Assembly: GCF_006345805.1 (NCBI RefSeq)
Contig: NC_043004.1
Coordinates: 47,430,001 to 47,494,000 of the forward strand
DNA from: Octopus sinensis
Lineage: Eukaryota
DNA: 64,000 bases
Reading direction: 5' to 3'
A program made the position numbers and the translations under genes. Position 1 is the first letter of the stretch, and each line of letters starts with the position of its first letter. Below are positions 12,403 through 26,400 of this stretch, piece after piece. The notes below the pieces were generated by a model, which searched no databases, was not told the DNA's origin, and saw only the letters and a list, made by a program, of their open reading frames with translations.

Positions 12403-15400
12403 AATATGTGTGTGTGTAACATGACTAAGCACATAAATGGGAATCAAGGGGGTAAAAAATAGCACTGGTGTACGGGAATGTAAAACTCTGAGTAGCAATT
12501 TTTGGGGATACTTTTGTGATGTTTTTGCAGCCTGAATAATAAAATATATATGTATGCATATATATGTAGGTATGTATGTAGTTATGTATGTAAGCGGGGT
12601 AAAATGGGTAATCAGTTATTTGTATAAATACAAACTTGTTACCTGTCGAAATATGCTTAATTTGTATTCGGACCCGTAAGAAAGCCGAAATGCATCTTGT
12701 ATTATTAATCATAAATTTTCCTAACTGAACTTATCACAATAGGTTATAACGAATTTATCTGTATTTATCATAATAGATTATATTTTGAAAGACAGTAATA
12801 ATCACACCACCTTACAAGAAGTGGACAGCTGTGTGTTTGTAATTTTGGAAAAGACAACTAATTACAGATTAAATTTGGTATGAGAAACGTGAGTTTATAT
12901 CACATCACTCGAGAAAAAGAGCTAAGACTTCCAGGAACTGCCTTGCCTCCTATAATTACATACATCTATTCACAAATACTAAGAAGGTGTTTTATAAATA
13001 TATAATTATTACGCTTAGAATCTAAAAGAATAACACAGATATGCATGTGCAACGTACACAGCAAAATACATATATGTTGCATTTCATACTACGTGTCTGC
13101 GTGTTTCTGCCTCCCTGCGCATGCGCGCGTCTGTGTGTGTGTGGGTGTGTATTGGATTCGTGTGTGTGTCTGTGTATGTGTTGTGTGTATGTAATAAATC
13201 TTATTTGAACGTTATGAAATATTTTACCTTATATAATAGTTCAAGAATCGATAGTTTGAGTTTAATTTTTTGTGGGTTTTCTGATTTCTTAAATGTAAGG
13301 AAAAATTTTGATTATAGAATCACAAACTTATTAGCTGATGTAATGCTACAATTCCGTTTACATTTTTTGTAGGTTAATATCGATAACATTATTTCGTTAA
13401 TATTGATAACATTATTAAGTGCTTAATTGCGGCATGCAAATGTTTCATTATAGAACAATTAAATTTGTTATCCTAAGAAAGCGTATTGGATGCATGCGTA
13501 TTTTCTTTTCTAGTTTTTTATTGTTATAAACCCACTTCACCTATAATATAAAAGTATATCGTAATCTCCTATATATCTGTCCATCTTTGGGTGCATGAGG
13601 GATCGATATTTTTCATAAAAGATTTCTGTATAGCAAAATAAATTTGATAATAATATATGGAACAACACGCAGCTGGCTTTCTATGTTAATTCATGTTTAA
13701 TATTTGTAATTCATATTAAAATTATTCAAACATATTTAGTATTCTTGAAATTAATTACATCTGAGTTTAACAAAATACGTTAGAATGACAGTAACTAACA
13801 TTAAATTTGCACGAAGAATCGTAATATGCTTTAAAATTTAAATATGATTTAACATAGAGAAATATTTGCCAATGACGATGCAAGCCGTTTGATTTAATTT
13901 TAGCTAGATATAACTTGTTTGATTAATGCTAAGATTACACTATTTGATTTGTCTATTAATATCTTATTGCAACATTTGACAAGTTGGAAACAAGGAAAAA
14001 ACATTTTCACAGCAATTCCGATATTTCGTACCATAACCTACACAAGAAATTTATAATTGAATATTATTATTTTGCAGGAAGACTAAATATTTTTATATGT
14101 AATAACATGATATAAATTTTAAAATGCTGAATTATTTAAGAACAACAGCTAAATCTACCAACTACATCCATCTGTTGAAGTATGCATAAAAGTGTCTAGA
14201 ATTCTGTTTGCTGCTAATAAATTTCGTTATGTGGCTTAACAAATGAAAATACATTTTTAACTATAATGGCGATATTGAATAATCTGCCTTCACATATTAA
14301 CAAGAAGTTGTTCAAAGTGTACCGGATTCTGTGTTTATATATATATACACTACTGTCAGAAATTAATTAGCACCCTTGATTTGCTCTTCACTCAAGGTAT
14401 GTGCTGTCACCTAGTGGCCATATCTCGAACTATTGCTTTGTTGCGAGTTCACTGTTGCGCAGAACGATGACGTAACTGTGTTTGCAGAGCAGTTTGAGAG
14501 TCTACAGCCTTATGATGTTGACATAGCAGTGCAACAACTTGGAGTGCGGATGCAGACAAATCTTCCTTTGTTTAATAGATATACGTAGCGCCTCGCAAGG
14601 ACCGAAATCACACCATACTAAGTTTTCTCATTGCGTAAGACGTTTTGAACAGCTCATAAGGTTAATTGATTTAACCTATTTAATGTAGAAATTTGAGAAA
14701 TTAATTAGCACTTCTCAAATTTCTACATTAAATAGGTTAAATCAATTAACCTTATGAGCTGTTCAAAACGTCTTACGCAATGAGAAAACTTAGTATGGTG
14801 TGATTTCGGTCCTTGCGAGGCGCTACGTATATCTATTAAACAAAGGAAGATTTGTCTGCATCCGCACTCCAAGTTGTTGCACTGCTATGTCAACATCATA
14901 AGGCTGTAGACTCTCAAACTGCTCTGCAAACACAGTTACGTCATCGTTCTGCGCAACAGTGAACTCGCAACAAAGCAATAGTTCGAGATATGGCCACTAG
15001 GTGACAGCACATACCTTGAGTGAAGAGCAAATCAAGGGTGCTAATTAATTTCTGACAGTAGTGTATATATATATAAACACAGAATCCGGTACACTTTGAA
15101 CAACTCTTGTTAATATGTGAAGGCAGATTATTCAATATCGCCATTATAGTTAAAAATGTATTTTCATTTGTTAAGCCACATAACGAAATTTATTAGCAGC
15201 AAACAGAATTCTAGACACTTTTATGCATACTTCAACAGATGGATGTAGTTGGTAGATTTAGCTGTTGTTCTTAAATAATTCAGCATTTTAAAATTTATAT
15301 CATGTTATTACATATAAAAATATTTAGTCTTCCTGCAAAATAATAATATTCAATTATAAATTTCTTGTGTAGGTTATGGTACGAAATATCGGAATTGCTG

Positions 15401-17015
15401 TGAAAATGTTTTTTCCTTGTTTCCAACTTGTCAAATGTTGCAATAAGATATTAATAGACAAATCAAATAGTGTAATCTTAGGCATTAATCAAACAAGTTA
15501 TATCTAGCTAAAATTAAATCAAACGGCTTGCATCGTCATTGGCAAATATTTCTCTATGTTAAATCATATTTAAATTTTAAAGCATATTACGATTCTTCGT
15601 GCAAATTTAATGTTAGTTACTGTCATTCTAACGTATTTTGTTAAACTCAGATGTAATTAATTTCAAGAATACTAAATATGTTTGAATAATTTTAATATGA
15701 ATTACAAATATAAACATGAATTAACATAGAAAGCCAGCTGCGTGTTGTTCCATATATTATTATCAAATTTATTTTGCTATACAGAAATCTTTTATGAAAA
15801 ATATCGATCCCTCATGCACCCAAAGATGGACAGATATATAGGAGATTACGATATACTTTTATATTATAGGTGAAGTGGGTTTATAACAATAAAAAACTAG
15901 AAAAGAAAATACGCATGCATCCAATACGCTTTCTTAGGATAACAAATTTAATTGTTCTATAATGAAACATTTGCATGCCGCAATTAAGCACTTAATAAGT
16001 TATCAATATTAACGAAATAATGTTATCGATATAACCTACAAAAAATGTAAACGGAATTGTAGCATTACATCAGCTAATAAGTTTGTGATTCTATAATCAA
16101 ATTTTTCCTTACATTTAAGAAATCAGAAAACCCACAAAAAATTAAACTCAAACTATCGATTCTTGAACGATTATATAGGTAAAATATTTCATAACGTTCA
16201 AATAAGATTATACATACAAAACAACACATACACAGACACACACACGAATCCAATACACACCCACACACACACAGACGCGCGCATGCGCAGGGAGGCAGAA
16301 ACACTCAGACACGTAGTATGAAATGCAACATATATGTATTTTGCTGTGTACTTGCACATGCATATCTGTGTTATTCTTTTAGATTCTAAGCGTATATAAT
16401 ATATATTTATAAAACACCTTCTTAGTATTGTGAATAGATGTATGTAATTATAGGAGGTAAAGCAGTTCCTGGAAGTCTTAGCTCTTTTTCTCGAGTGATG
16501 TGATATAAACTCACGTTTCTCATACCAAATTTAATCTGTAATTAGTTGTCTTTTCCTAAGATTACAAACACACAGCTGTCCACTTCTTGTAAGGTGGTGT
16601 GATTATTACTGTCTTTCAAAATATAATCTATTATGATAAATACAGATAAATTCGTTATAACCTATTGTGATAAGTTCAGTTAGGAAAATTTATGATTAAT
16701 AATACAAGATGCATTTCGGCTTTCTTACGGGTCCGAATACAAATTAAGCATATCTCGACAGGTAACAAGTTTGTATTTATACAAATAACTGATTACCCAT
16801 TTTACCCCGCTTACATACATAACTACATACATACCTACATATATATGTATACATATATATTTTATTATTCAGGCTGCAAAAACATCACAAAAGTATCCCC
16901 AAAAATTGCTACTCAGAGTTTTACATTCCCGTACACCAGTGCTATTTTTACCCCCTTGATTCCATTTATGTGCTTAGTCATGTTACACACACACATATTT
17001 GTGTCTATATATATA

Positions 17016-17053
<38 letters not shown>

Positions 17054-17153
17054 TATATATAATATTATATATAGTAGGGGATTCTCTTTTCATATATTGA
17101 CTGAATGCTTTTCTGATTCAAGCTTAATGACACTAATTTTCACAAGTGTACTT
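12280..17153. repeat. Giant palindrome: arms 12280-14699 and 14712-17153, 12-nt spacer
   Basis: Arms are reverse complements throughout (AAGTACACTTGTGAAAATTAG / CTAATTTTCACAAGTGTACTT; identical 95 aa ORF starts at 12712- and 16692+); spacer ATTAATTAGCAC. Confidence 0.97.
14348..15063. mobile_element. Small non-autonomous Tc1/mariner-like element, mirrored at the palindrome centre
   Basis: TA|CACTACTGTCAGAAATTAATTAGCAC at 14348 and its reverse complement ending at 15063|TA; a 16-nt inner part of the opposite TIR lies at 14696-14711. Confidence 0.7.
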
Positions 17154-17379
17154 TGCCTTTCAAATGCTGTGTCTTTACTGTGATCTCCCTTTTAGTAGAA
17201 GAATAGCTATAATCTCTTTGACTGCTATTTCTAAATTCGGTGTGTGGTAAGGCAATTCGTTGCTAAACCCTTAATTGCTTAGTATTACTTAAATTTTCCT
17301 CGAATGAGGTTTACATGCCGAAGACTACTTGGTGTAATTGATAATTATTCCAGATTATCAATTTCACCCTTCATTGTTA

Positions 17380-17423
<44 letters not shown>

Positions 17424-17424
17424 G

Positions 17425-18612
17425 ATTATCTTCATTATGATAGACAATCCCCTAACACCTTGTAAATGATCTTATAAGATTTGACCTGTAGTCAGTCAAT
17501 GTATGAATAATAACGACAACTCCTTAAGACAATAAAATGAATAAATTAAATAAGTAAATCTTTAATGACTTTTTGATAAGATTATACTTAGATTTTCCTA
17601 ATGTATTTTCTGGTGATTTTAGCATCTGACCCCTTAACCCCTGACTGTGTTATCTCTTTAGATTCTCTTTAAACTCATAGCTGATTTCAACAGCAATAAT
17701 TAACGGTTTACTGGTCAAAGAATAATATTCCCCTCTAGCTCCTAGATGCCTGTTGATTAAAACCAGACTTACAGTCTACTAGCTCTTCTGTATAACTAGA
17801 ACCCCTTTTTTTCTCTTTCTTTTTTTCCCTTTCTTTCTTTTCTCTTTTTTCTCTTTCTTCTTCTCTTATTCTTCTGTTTCCTTTTCTCTTCCTCTTTAGT
17901 CCCCCCTTTCCCCCCCCCTTTTTGCTCCCTCCTCCATTATTTTCTCTCTTTTCTTCTATTCCCTTCTCTATTCTTGGCCGATCTAGTAAGTCCTTCAGCC
18001 TTAAGAGTTAAATAGCTACAGCCTCTTGTGAATAGCAGTAATGTGATTAATATGGCAAACACCTAATCATATAACAAGGATGATACCTACCTCATTGTGT
18101 TCAACCATTGTAAAATTTATCGCCTGTGAATATGAAATTCATCTCCATTTCTCTGGAAATTTACATCTACACCATTGGAATCTGTGCATATATACAAAGG
18201 ATTAATTCACCCTCTCTGTAATGCTAATAAGCAGGAATTGAGACCCACCTCGTTGTAATTAACAATGGATAATTTGTCTTCTGTGAGTATATAATCCCTC
18301 ATCATATCTATGGAAATTCATATGGATTAGGTGGTCACCTCTGTGATGCTATCAAAACTTTTTTAAAATTCTGTGATAAGACTGTTACATCATCTTTAAA
18401 GAACTTTAATGAACTTTAGAAATCTGTTTAATTATCTACATTACTTTATGAGTATAGCCTCAAACACTAGGATGTCTAGAGAACTTACATGTATTTTAGC
18501 TGATGAGTACGGGACTCGTTTATATGCTGTAATCTTTGCAACTTTTAATAAAACCTGTCCTTGTATGAAACGATCGTACTAAAAACCTATCCATTCTTGT
18601 TGCTTCTTTCTC
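17425..18612 (+). mobile_element. Old PLE-derived element with 3' hammerhead, between (TA)n tracts
   Basis: Related to 62150-63170 (shared TTCATTATGATA near the 5' end and the 3' hammerhead module); only faint GIY-YIG-like traces (NSSNVINM). Confidence 0.55.
18491..18586 (+). ncRNA. Type I hammerhead ribozyme motif, branched helix II, palindromic GATC loop III
   Basis: Helix I TTTTAG/CTAAAA; CTGATGA 18500-18506; helix II GTACGGGAC/GTCCTTGTAT; GAAA 18567-18570; C-GATC-G; GTA cleavage triplet ending 18578. Confidence 0.8.
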
Positions 18613-18614
18613 GC

Positions 18615-18649
<35 letters not shown>

Positions 18650-18650
<1 letters not shown>

Positions 18651-19944
18651 GAGGGACGTCCAATAAGTAATGCCTCTGACCCACTTCCAGGTGCTTGATC
18701 TAGTGGAAATTTTGCATGTGCAATTACCTATATGTCTAAAGATTATGTGGCAAATTACAGCTCTGAACTAATTATGGTTTCTGATTTACAGGTGTTTGAA
18801 CTGAGTCAAGTGTGAAATGGAGCCTGTTGAGCGTCGAGCAGTGATCCGGTTTTTGTATTTGAAAGGACGCACACCACGGAGAACTTTTGATGAATGAAAG
18901 TAACTTATGGTGATGATGATGCCCCATCATATGACCTTGTAAAACGCTGGCATCGTGAATTCAAACATGGTCGGAACTCTGTGGAAACAGCTCCCAGATC
19001 TAGTCGACCCCCTTCTGCCATTGATAAGGCATCTGTCCGTCAAGTTGAGGCTGCCATTTTGGAAGATCGACGCATAGCTATTCGCCAAATAGCCCATGAG
19101 GTCAAGATTAGTACCGGGTCTGTGGAAACTATCATTCATGACCATTTGCATATGCAAAAGATGTCTGCCAGATGGATTCCCAGGCTGCTCACACCTTTCC
19201 AGAAGCAAGAACGCGTCGAGTGCTCGAGGATGAATTTGGAGACGAACCAAGAAGATGAGTCAAACGTTTTCAAAAGACTGATTACACAGGATGAAACCTG
19301 GGTCCATCACGATGATCCAGAGACCAAAGCCCAGTAAATGCAGTGGAAGCACCGTGACTCACCTCCTCCAAAGAAAGCAAGGGTGCAGCCCTCTGCTGGC
19401 AAGGTCATGCTCACAGTCTTCTGGGACCAGGACGGAGTAGTGATGACAGATTTCCTGGCAAAGGGTACCACAATTACAGGAGACTATTATGCTTCACTTT
19501 TGAGGAAATTAAGAGAGGCTATCAAAATCAAGAGGCGGGGCAAGATCAGCGAAGGCATCCTCCTCCTGCAGCACAACGCTCCGGTCCACAACTCGCGTGT
19601 CGCCAGATCAGAAGCACAGGCGTGCGGCTATGAACTTCTCCCCCACCCCCTACTCTCCTGACCTTGCACCCTCTGATTTTCACCTCTTCCCAGCCATGAA
19701 GTTGTTTTTGAAAGGAAAGCATTTCCCAGATGATGCAGCCTTGATTTCTAAAGTCACGTCATGGATGGAGGACCAAGTTGGGGTCTTTTACCAAGTTGGG
19801 GTCTCCAGAGCTGGATCAAACGATGGGAGAAATGCGTAACTCTGAGTGGTTCCTATGTAGAAAAAGACCAATAACTGTGTCAAGTTCTGTTGCTCTACTG
19901 GTAGGGAAGTGTGGTCAGGGGCAATTACGTATGAACGCCCCTCG
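18650..19944 (+). mobile_element. Near full-length mariner (DD34D) transposon, irritans/Bytmar1-like TIR, in (TA)n
   Basis: Imperfect TIRs CGAGGGACGTCCAATAAGTAATGCC / GGCAATTACGTATGAACGCCCCTCG with TA flanks; 1295 bp. Subfamily assignment is from memory of the TACGAGGG end. Confidence 0.95.
18817..19874 (+). pseudogene. Mariner transposase pseudogene
   Basis: MEPVERRAVIRFL, WIPRLLT, ITQDETWVHH, LQHNAP (catalytic D changed to H), YSPDLAPSDFHLF, WEKCVTLSGSYVEK; frameshifts and an in-frame stop at 19335-19337. Confidence 0.93.
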
Positions 19945-20016
19945 TATATATATAATATATATATATATATAGATATATATATATATATATATATTATATA
20001 TTATATAATATATATA

Positions 20017-20255
20017 TATATTAAATTAGAGATGAAACCACTATAGGCAAATCAAACAGTGAAAAACATAAAGCAATACATAGAATTAATTAAAATTAAT
20101 TCTATGTATGGCTTATGTTTTTCACTATTTGATTTGCCTAATAGTGGTTTTATCTCTAATTTAATATAATTTAATAATATACTTATACTATAAAATCGGA
20201 TTTAATCCTAAATCTAATTTTTCCCTGTAAGTTTGGATTTATTCCCTAATATTAT
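20017..20255 (+). mobile_element. Fold-back PLE-type 3' stub (arms 20017-20091 / 20094-20168) in (TA)n
   Basis: About 75 bp hairpin with a 2-nt spacer; the sense arm continues to ...TTATTCCCTAATATT; related fragments at 9330-9470. Confidence 0.7.
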
Positions 20256-20714
20256 TATTATTAATTATATATATATATATATATATGCGGGGAGATATGC
20301 ATACATACCTTTTATGAGTACATTACAAAACAAGGCTGACTTTTTAATCTCTAATACATCCTAGTAAAACATATTTCGCTTCAGTTTGATGGCGTTTTGA
20401 AGCAGTGATATAAAAAAATAAATATGTTAACGCATTACATATAGACTAGGGTTTACTGAATATGGTTTTCTAGTCGAGGAAATACAGAGCAAACACAAAA
20501 TAGAATGTGGTTAGTAAATGATGAAACGGAAATAAACAAGAGACAATCGGATATATATTGCGTATAATGTATATTTAATAAATATTACACCCTGAGGCGA
20601 GTATAAGGGAATTCCATTTACGCAGCCTATACAGTGACCCAGGAATGTTTGCCAAATATATATCTACCACACATTTCTCCGCATTATCCTTCTCTCATAT
20701 TTCTCTGTCTCTCT

Positions 20715-20763
<49 letters not shown>

Positions 20764-20816
20764 AACATGCATACATACATACATATATGTATGGGTGCAT
20801 ATTAAATAAAAAAAAA

Positions 20817-20871
<55 letters not shown>

Positions 20872-22096
20872 CATACATATATATATATATATGTGTGTGT
20901 GTGGTGTGTGTGTGTGTGTCTGTGTATACAGTATAAGTTACAGACACACACGTAAACGAACAGGTAATGCATATATCTATATGATAAAATATACAAGTGT
21001 ATACATACGTTTGTTTTTCATAAAAGTCAATGAAAAACGGTGATGAAAGTGATGTTGCAAACTGAGATTGTCATTTTACCAATAATATCACACGCACTGA
21101 CTTTAGTATTACTCTTTTGTGAAACCCTAATTACTTAATTAATTAATTGATTAGCTTTAGGAGAAATTTTCCAAGCAACTGTAACGCATTCATCTTGTGT
21201 ATACTCTTTGTCTGTCTTTGTGCTTAACGTTTAAAATATATTTATATTCATGCCTATATATATCATGTACATCCAGTTTCTGCATATGTCTGTATGTATG
21301 TTAGTATGTATGCATGTTTTTAATTGTGTGTGTATATATTAAAACAGAGAGAGACAGACATAGAGACAGAAAGACAGAGATAGATCATCAGGCACGCAGA
21401 CAAACAAAGAATCAGGCAGAGGCAGAAAGGCAGACAGGCAGATGAGATAGATATATAGATAACATACATAGCTGCTCACCCACCTAGCTACCTACCTACC
21501 TACATACATACATACATACATACATACATACATACATACATACATACACATGCATTTATTCGAGTGAGTCAAAATTAAAAAGTAACCATGCCCGGCTTTT
21601 TAAGATAATTTACTCAACGACAGGTATTAGTGTGAATAAACATTTTATCCACAACCTTTACACCGAAAACATATGCGTTGTCAGATTAAAGATTATAGAT
21701 TAATAATTCATACACACACGCACACACGCACACAGACACACACATACACACATATTGATAATTTCCAGTAGTACGGCACGCATTACAATCGGTTGTTGCC
21801 TAAGTCCTATGTGTGTGATTTTATATAACAATTGCCTATATGATAGTCCCTTTCTAGGCTAACAGCGCAGTATTCGGTGTTCTAAGAAGACATCGATATT
21901 AAGTTGGATATGATGGTTACCTTTTGGTATTAATGTCGATCCCGTAGCTAATAGTTTATTTTTAATAAACCTGGTAGCTATTTGCGATGTCTGTGACTGA
22001 AAATATCCAGATATTCTATAATTCGTAGTAGCAAGATCTACATAGCATGCTGTGACCGGATACTTCCCATTGATGATTAGTATTTACTTGACATTA

Positions 22097-22495
22097 AAGC
22101 GGTGAGCTGGCAGAAACGTTAGCATGTCGGGCGAAATGCTTAGCGGTATTTCGTCTGCCGCTACGTTCTGAGTTCAAATTCCGCCGAGGTCGACTTTGCC
22201 TTTCATCCTTTCGGGGTCGATTAAATGAGTACCAGTTACGCACTGGGGTCGATGTAATCGACTTAATACCTATGTCTGTTCTTGTTTGTCCTCTCTGTGT
22301 TTAGCCCCTTGTGAGTAGTAAAGAAATAGGTACTTCGTCTGTCTACGTTCTGAGTTCTAATTCGCCGTGTTCGACTTTGGCTTTCATCCTTTCCTTGTCG
22401 ATAAATTAAGTACCAGTTGCGTACTGGAGTCGATCTAACCGACTGGCTCCTCCCCTAAAATTTCTGGCCATGTGCCTAGGGTAGAACAGATTATT
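22097..22495 (+). mobile_element. tRNA-derived SINE family A (full copy 22097-22330 plus a partial second copy)
   Basis: GGTGAGCTGGCAGAAACGTTAGC A-box region, GAGTTCAAATTCC B-box, GTCGACTTTGCCTTTCATCCTTTCGGGGTCGA core; matches 46430 and 58466. Confidence 0.88.
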
Positions 22496-22800
22496 CACTT
22501 GACATTGCACACGTGATCTAGAGAGAAACATTCTGACTTTCTGCCACAGTTATCTACACTGACGCTGTAAATAAATGTTTAAATGCATAAATAATAAGTC
22601 TAGAGCTTGATTTTCCATAATTCCATATCATGGACTTCTACTTTCCGATATATAATAAAATTTGTTGATACACACAAATATACATAAATGAAAGAAGGAA
22701 AATAAATATACACACATGCACGTACATATACGCAAAAACATGTCCTTATACATATAACAATACATGCACGCACCCAGATACAAGAAAGCATGTGTATCTA

Positions 22801-22880
<80 letters not shown>

Positions 22881-22888
22881 CATATTAT

Positions 22889-22940
<52 letters not shown>

Positions 22941-23073
22941 AAAATAGTAAAGTGTGAAAAAACGACAGAAGGCTTAAATGTTAAAAAATATATATATTGT
23001 GTCAAAATGTCTGGAGAATATTGGAAAAAATTTTTTTCCCTTTCCTTAAAATTACATAATTTTAAAATTTTTT

Positions 23074-23113
23074 AAGAAATTACCCGTTTCGCGTGTAGCT
23101 TTTCAAATTTCTT
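23074..23113 (-). ncRNA. Minimal hammerhead in the inverted pLTR (palindrome broken, ACGGGT)
   Basis: Reverse complement of 27214-27253 with one substitution in helix III. Confidence 0.6.
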
Positions 23114-23491
23114 GTGACGTTATGTTTATATTGCATGGAATTATCGTTGTTTTTATTTCCAGGAGATTTCTAAATAAGGGGAGGTAGTGAGTGATTTTTT
23201 CCGGTGTAGGGGAGATAATCGCTTAAATTTTTTTTTTCCCTTTTCCTTCTTAAATTCTCTGTGTCAGTATGTTCGGATGGTTGAGTCTGGGTTTGTACTT
23301 TTCAATGAAGAATGTTTCCTTGTTCAGTCTCATTTGTGTTGATGATCCGAAAGCACATTGGTAAAATGGGAAGATTAATGGGAAGATTAATGGGAAGATT
23401 TTTATCACACTTTACTATTTTCTTATATATTCACCCACGTGCTTTACCAAACAAACTTTCTTATCTATATATTAAACACGTGAGAACGAAA

Positions 23492-26400
23492 ATGCCACAG
23501 AAGTCAAACACCTCGGACAAAACCTTAAATGAGGACATACTCAAAGAACTGAAAAATATTAATTCACAGCTTCTTAACCTGAACAACAAAATCGAGGAAT
23601 CAAACTTACTCGCCCGGGAAAGTAAAAGCAATGAAGATGCAACCCGTTACACTGACCAGGTGAGTAAGGATCTACAACGTTATATACAACACTGAACTCA
23701 ATTTTCATCACAAATCCGAAAATAATACACAGGCACCTAATGAAACACAGCAGGACACCATACGCACCCAAACCAACCCAACAAAAAGAAAAATAGGAAA
23801 CGTTTGGAATACAAACCTGCACAACAGAAAACTCACCTTCTGGAACATGATAAAAAATTCCAACAAAGCAGATATCTACGAGGGATGGATAAACTCAACA
23901 CCAATTATCCTCCCACGCAAATTCCAGATAAAATTATTCCTAACGAGCCTGACGGACAGAGATATATTAGAGAAAAGTCAGCTCTGTTCAATTTTAAATC
24001 AAAATAGAGCTTCTAAGGACTCAGGGCCTCCACAATGAAGAAAACTTAAAAGCATAGACGAGGAGATGCACAATCTAATACTAAAATATACCGAGGGACA
24101 ACCCCTCGATAATACATTGGATCACTGGAAGGATTCCTGTGAGAGAGAAGAGAGAAATTCTCTCCTACGCTGGGAGAAAAACATGGACCTCTTCCAAAAT
24201 ATAGTGAAACCTTCAAAAATGAATTGGGTTCAAATAATCCTTCCTTAAGAAAATTACAATAAATAAAAAAGAAAAACCTAACAACCCACGAACAACCCCC
24301 AACTATCCTCCATACACTAAAAACAGAAATCACCCACAACCAACCTTTACAAACCACGCTAGACCTAACAGGGAACTAGCTGAAAGAGGACGCGTCTATG
24401 AAAGAAATTACACCAAAAACAGAACAAACCAACAACATCCTAATACCAGACCCAACCACCATACAGCACAATACGACACTAGGATAAGAAATACACCACA
24501 CACAAATCACTACTACCCCATGAACCAAAACTACTGGTCCCCACTAAACACAAGACAAACGCAAAGAAACACTATGTCAAGCAACATCCCACATACAAGA
24601 AGTTCGAAACAAAAATATTCCCCATACAGAAATTTTACACACACCACAAGCATTAACAACCATAGATTCCCACACACACACAACGATCGGAGGCAACAAT
24701 ACCACCACTCCCCCGACCAAATACCACACAACCTCACAGACAACTCATACAAACAAAATTACACCCAACATTTTTTAGCCAGGGACCAGGGACACCAGGA
24801 CACAGGCTGGAACCTAGTAATAAGGAAAAACCGAAGATAATCAATCTTTCAACTAAACCTCTTTCTAACATAAAAATTGACAAAAGGGCTCAAATTTACA
24901 CCAACTCCACGCAGAGAAAACCTAAACGAACTCAAGGATAATATAACAGAATTTTGCAGAAAATTAAGACTAGCAGAAGCATCAGTTTCAATACTGAAGA
25001 TGAATCACTAGTCAAGAACAAAAGTGAACACATCCCACACAGAGGAAGAAATAAAGATCTTGACGAATTCTGTAACCACATTGAGAACTTCCCCTACCAT
25101 ACTATACATAAACAGAAAGCTAACCCAAATTTTAACACTACACAATGGAAAGAACTGATAGAACTCCAAAATGATGAAGATATAACCATTAAGGAAGCGG
25201 ACAAGGGAAATGCCGTTGTAATAATGGATACATCATACTACAGAAATCTTGTAATTTCCTTGCTTGATGAAGACCTACATTATGAAAAAATTACCAACTA
25301 CACCCCACAAAAAATAATGAAAACTCTATCTTCACTAATTAAAACCCATGAAAAGGAACTGACAACCAAAGAGATTGATTTCCTAACAAACTTTAAATGC
25401 AAACCTAGCCTTTTCTATGGTCTGCCATAAAAGTCAAATTAGAAATGAAACCATTAAAAAATCACCAAAGACATACATACACACACCTAATCCGGGGGAC
25501 CTAAAACTACGACCCATTGTAGCTGGCCCAACCTGTGAAACACACAGACTAAGTCTACTTATGGACATCCTCTTGAAACCCTTCCTTAAACATATCGATA
25601 GCCATATCAGAGGTGACTTAGATATGTTAAACCACCTTCCCAAAAAAACCAAGGAAGAAACGATCCTGGTTTCATTTGATGTAATCAACTTGTATACCAG
25701 TATACTTCATAATTATGGACTGGAGGCAATACAATTCTGGTTAGACCAATTTCCGGAAGAAATACCAAAAAGGATCAGTAAGGAATTCATTACTAAATCA
25801 GTTGAATTCATCCTACACAATAACCACTTCATGTTTGACAATACATTTTACCGTCAAAAATCCGGAATTGCTATGGGTACAAGGGCAGCACCAGTCATTG
25901 CGAACTTAACAATGGGATACATGGAAATAATCATTTACCAGGAATCTCTATCAATCTTTGGAAACTCCCTCTCTCAATACATAAAAGAGAATTGGAAACG
26001 ATTCCTAGACGATTGTTTCATTCTCTGGAATGAAAACATAGATAAACTCCTAAAATTTAAAAACCTATTGAACAGCATAAACCCAAATATACAGTTCACA
26101 ATTGAATACAACCAAAAGGAGCTCCCGTTCTTGGATATACTAATTAAAAAAATTAACCTTAAAATAGAAACAGACATTTTTTACAAAGCCACAGACGCCA
26201 AACAATACCTTCTTTTTAATTCATGCCACTCAAGACACACTAAAACAAACATCCCCTTCAACCTTGCAAGAAGGATATGCACAATAGTGTCAGAACAAAA
26301 TACCAGGAACTTTAGACTGCAAGAACTCAAAAACACCCTAATTGACAGGCATTACCCAGCTCAACTCATAGAGGATGGGATCAGACGTGCAACAGAAATC

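Noticed and set aside
12867-12887. Possible 21-nt microexon (TTACAG|IKFGMRN|GTGAGT) inside the palindrome arm
   Set aside because: Weak acceptor, and such matches are expected by chance in 64 kb.
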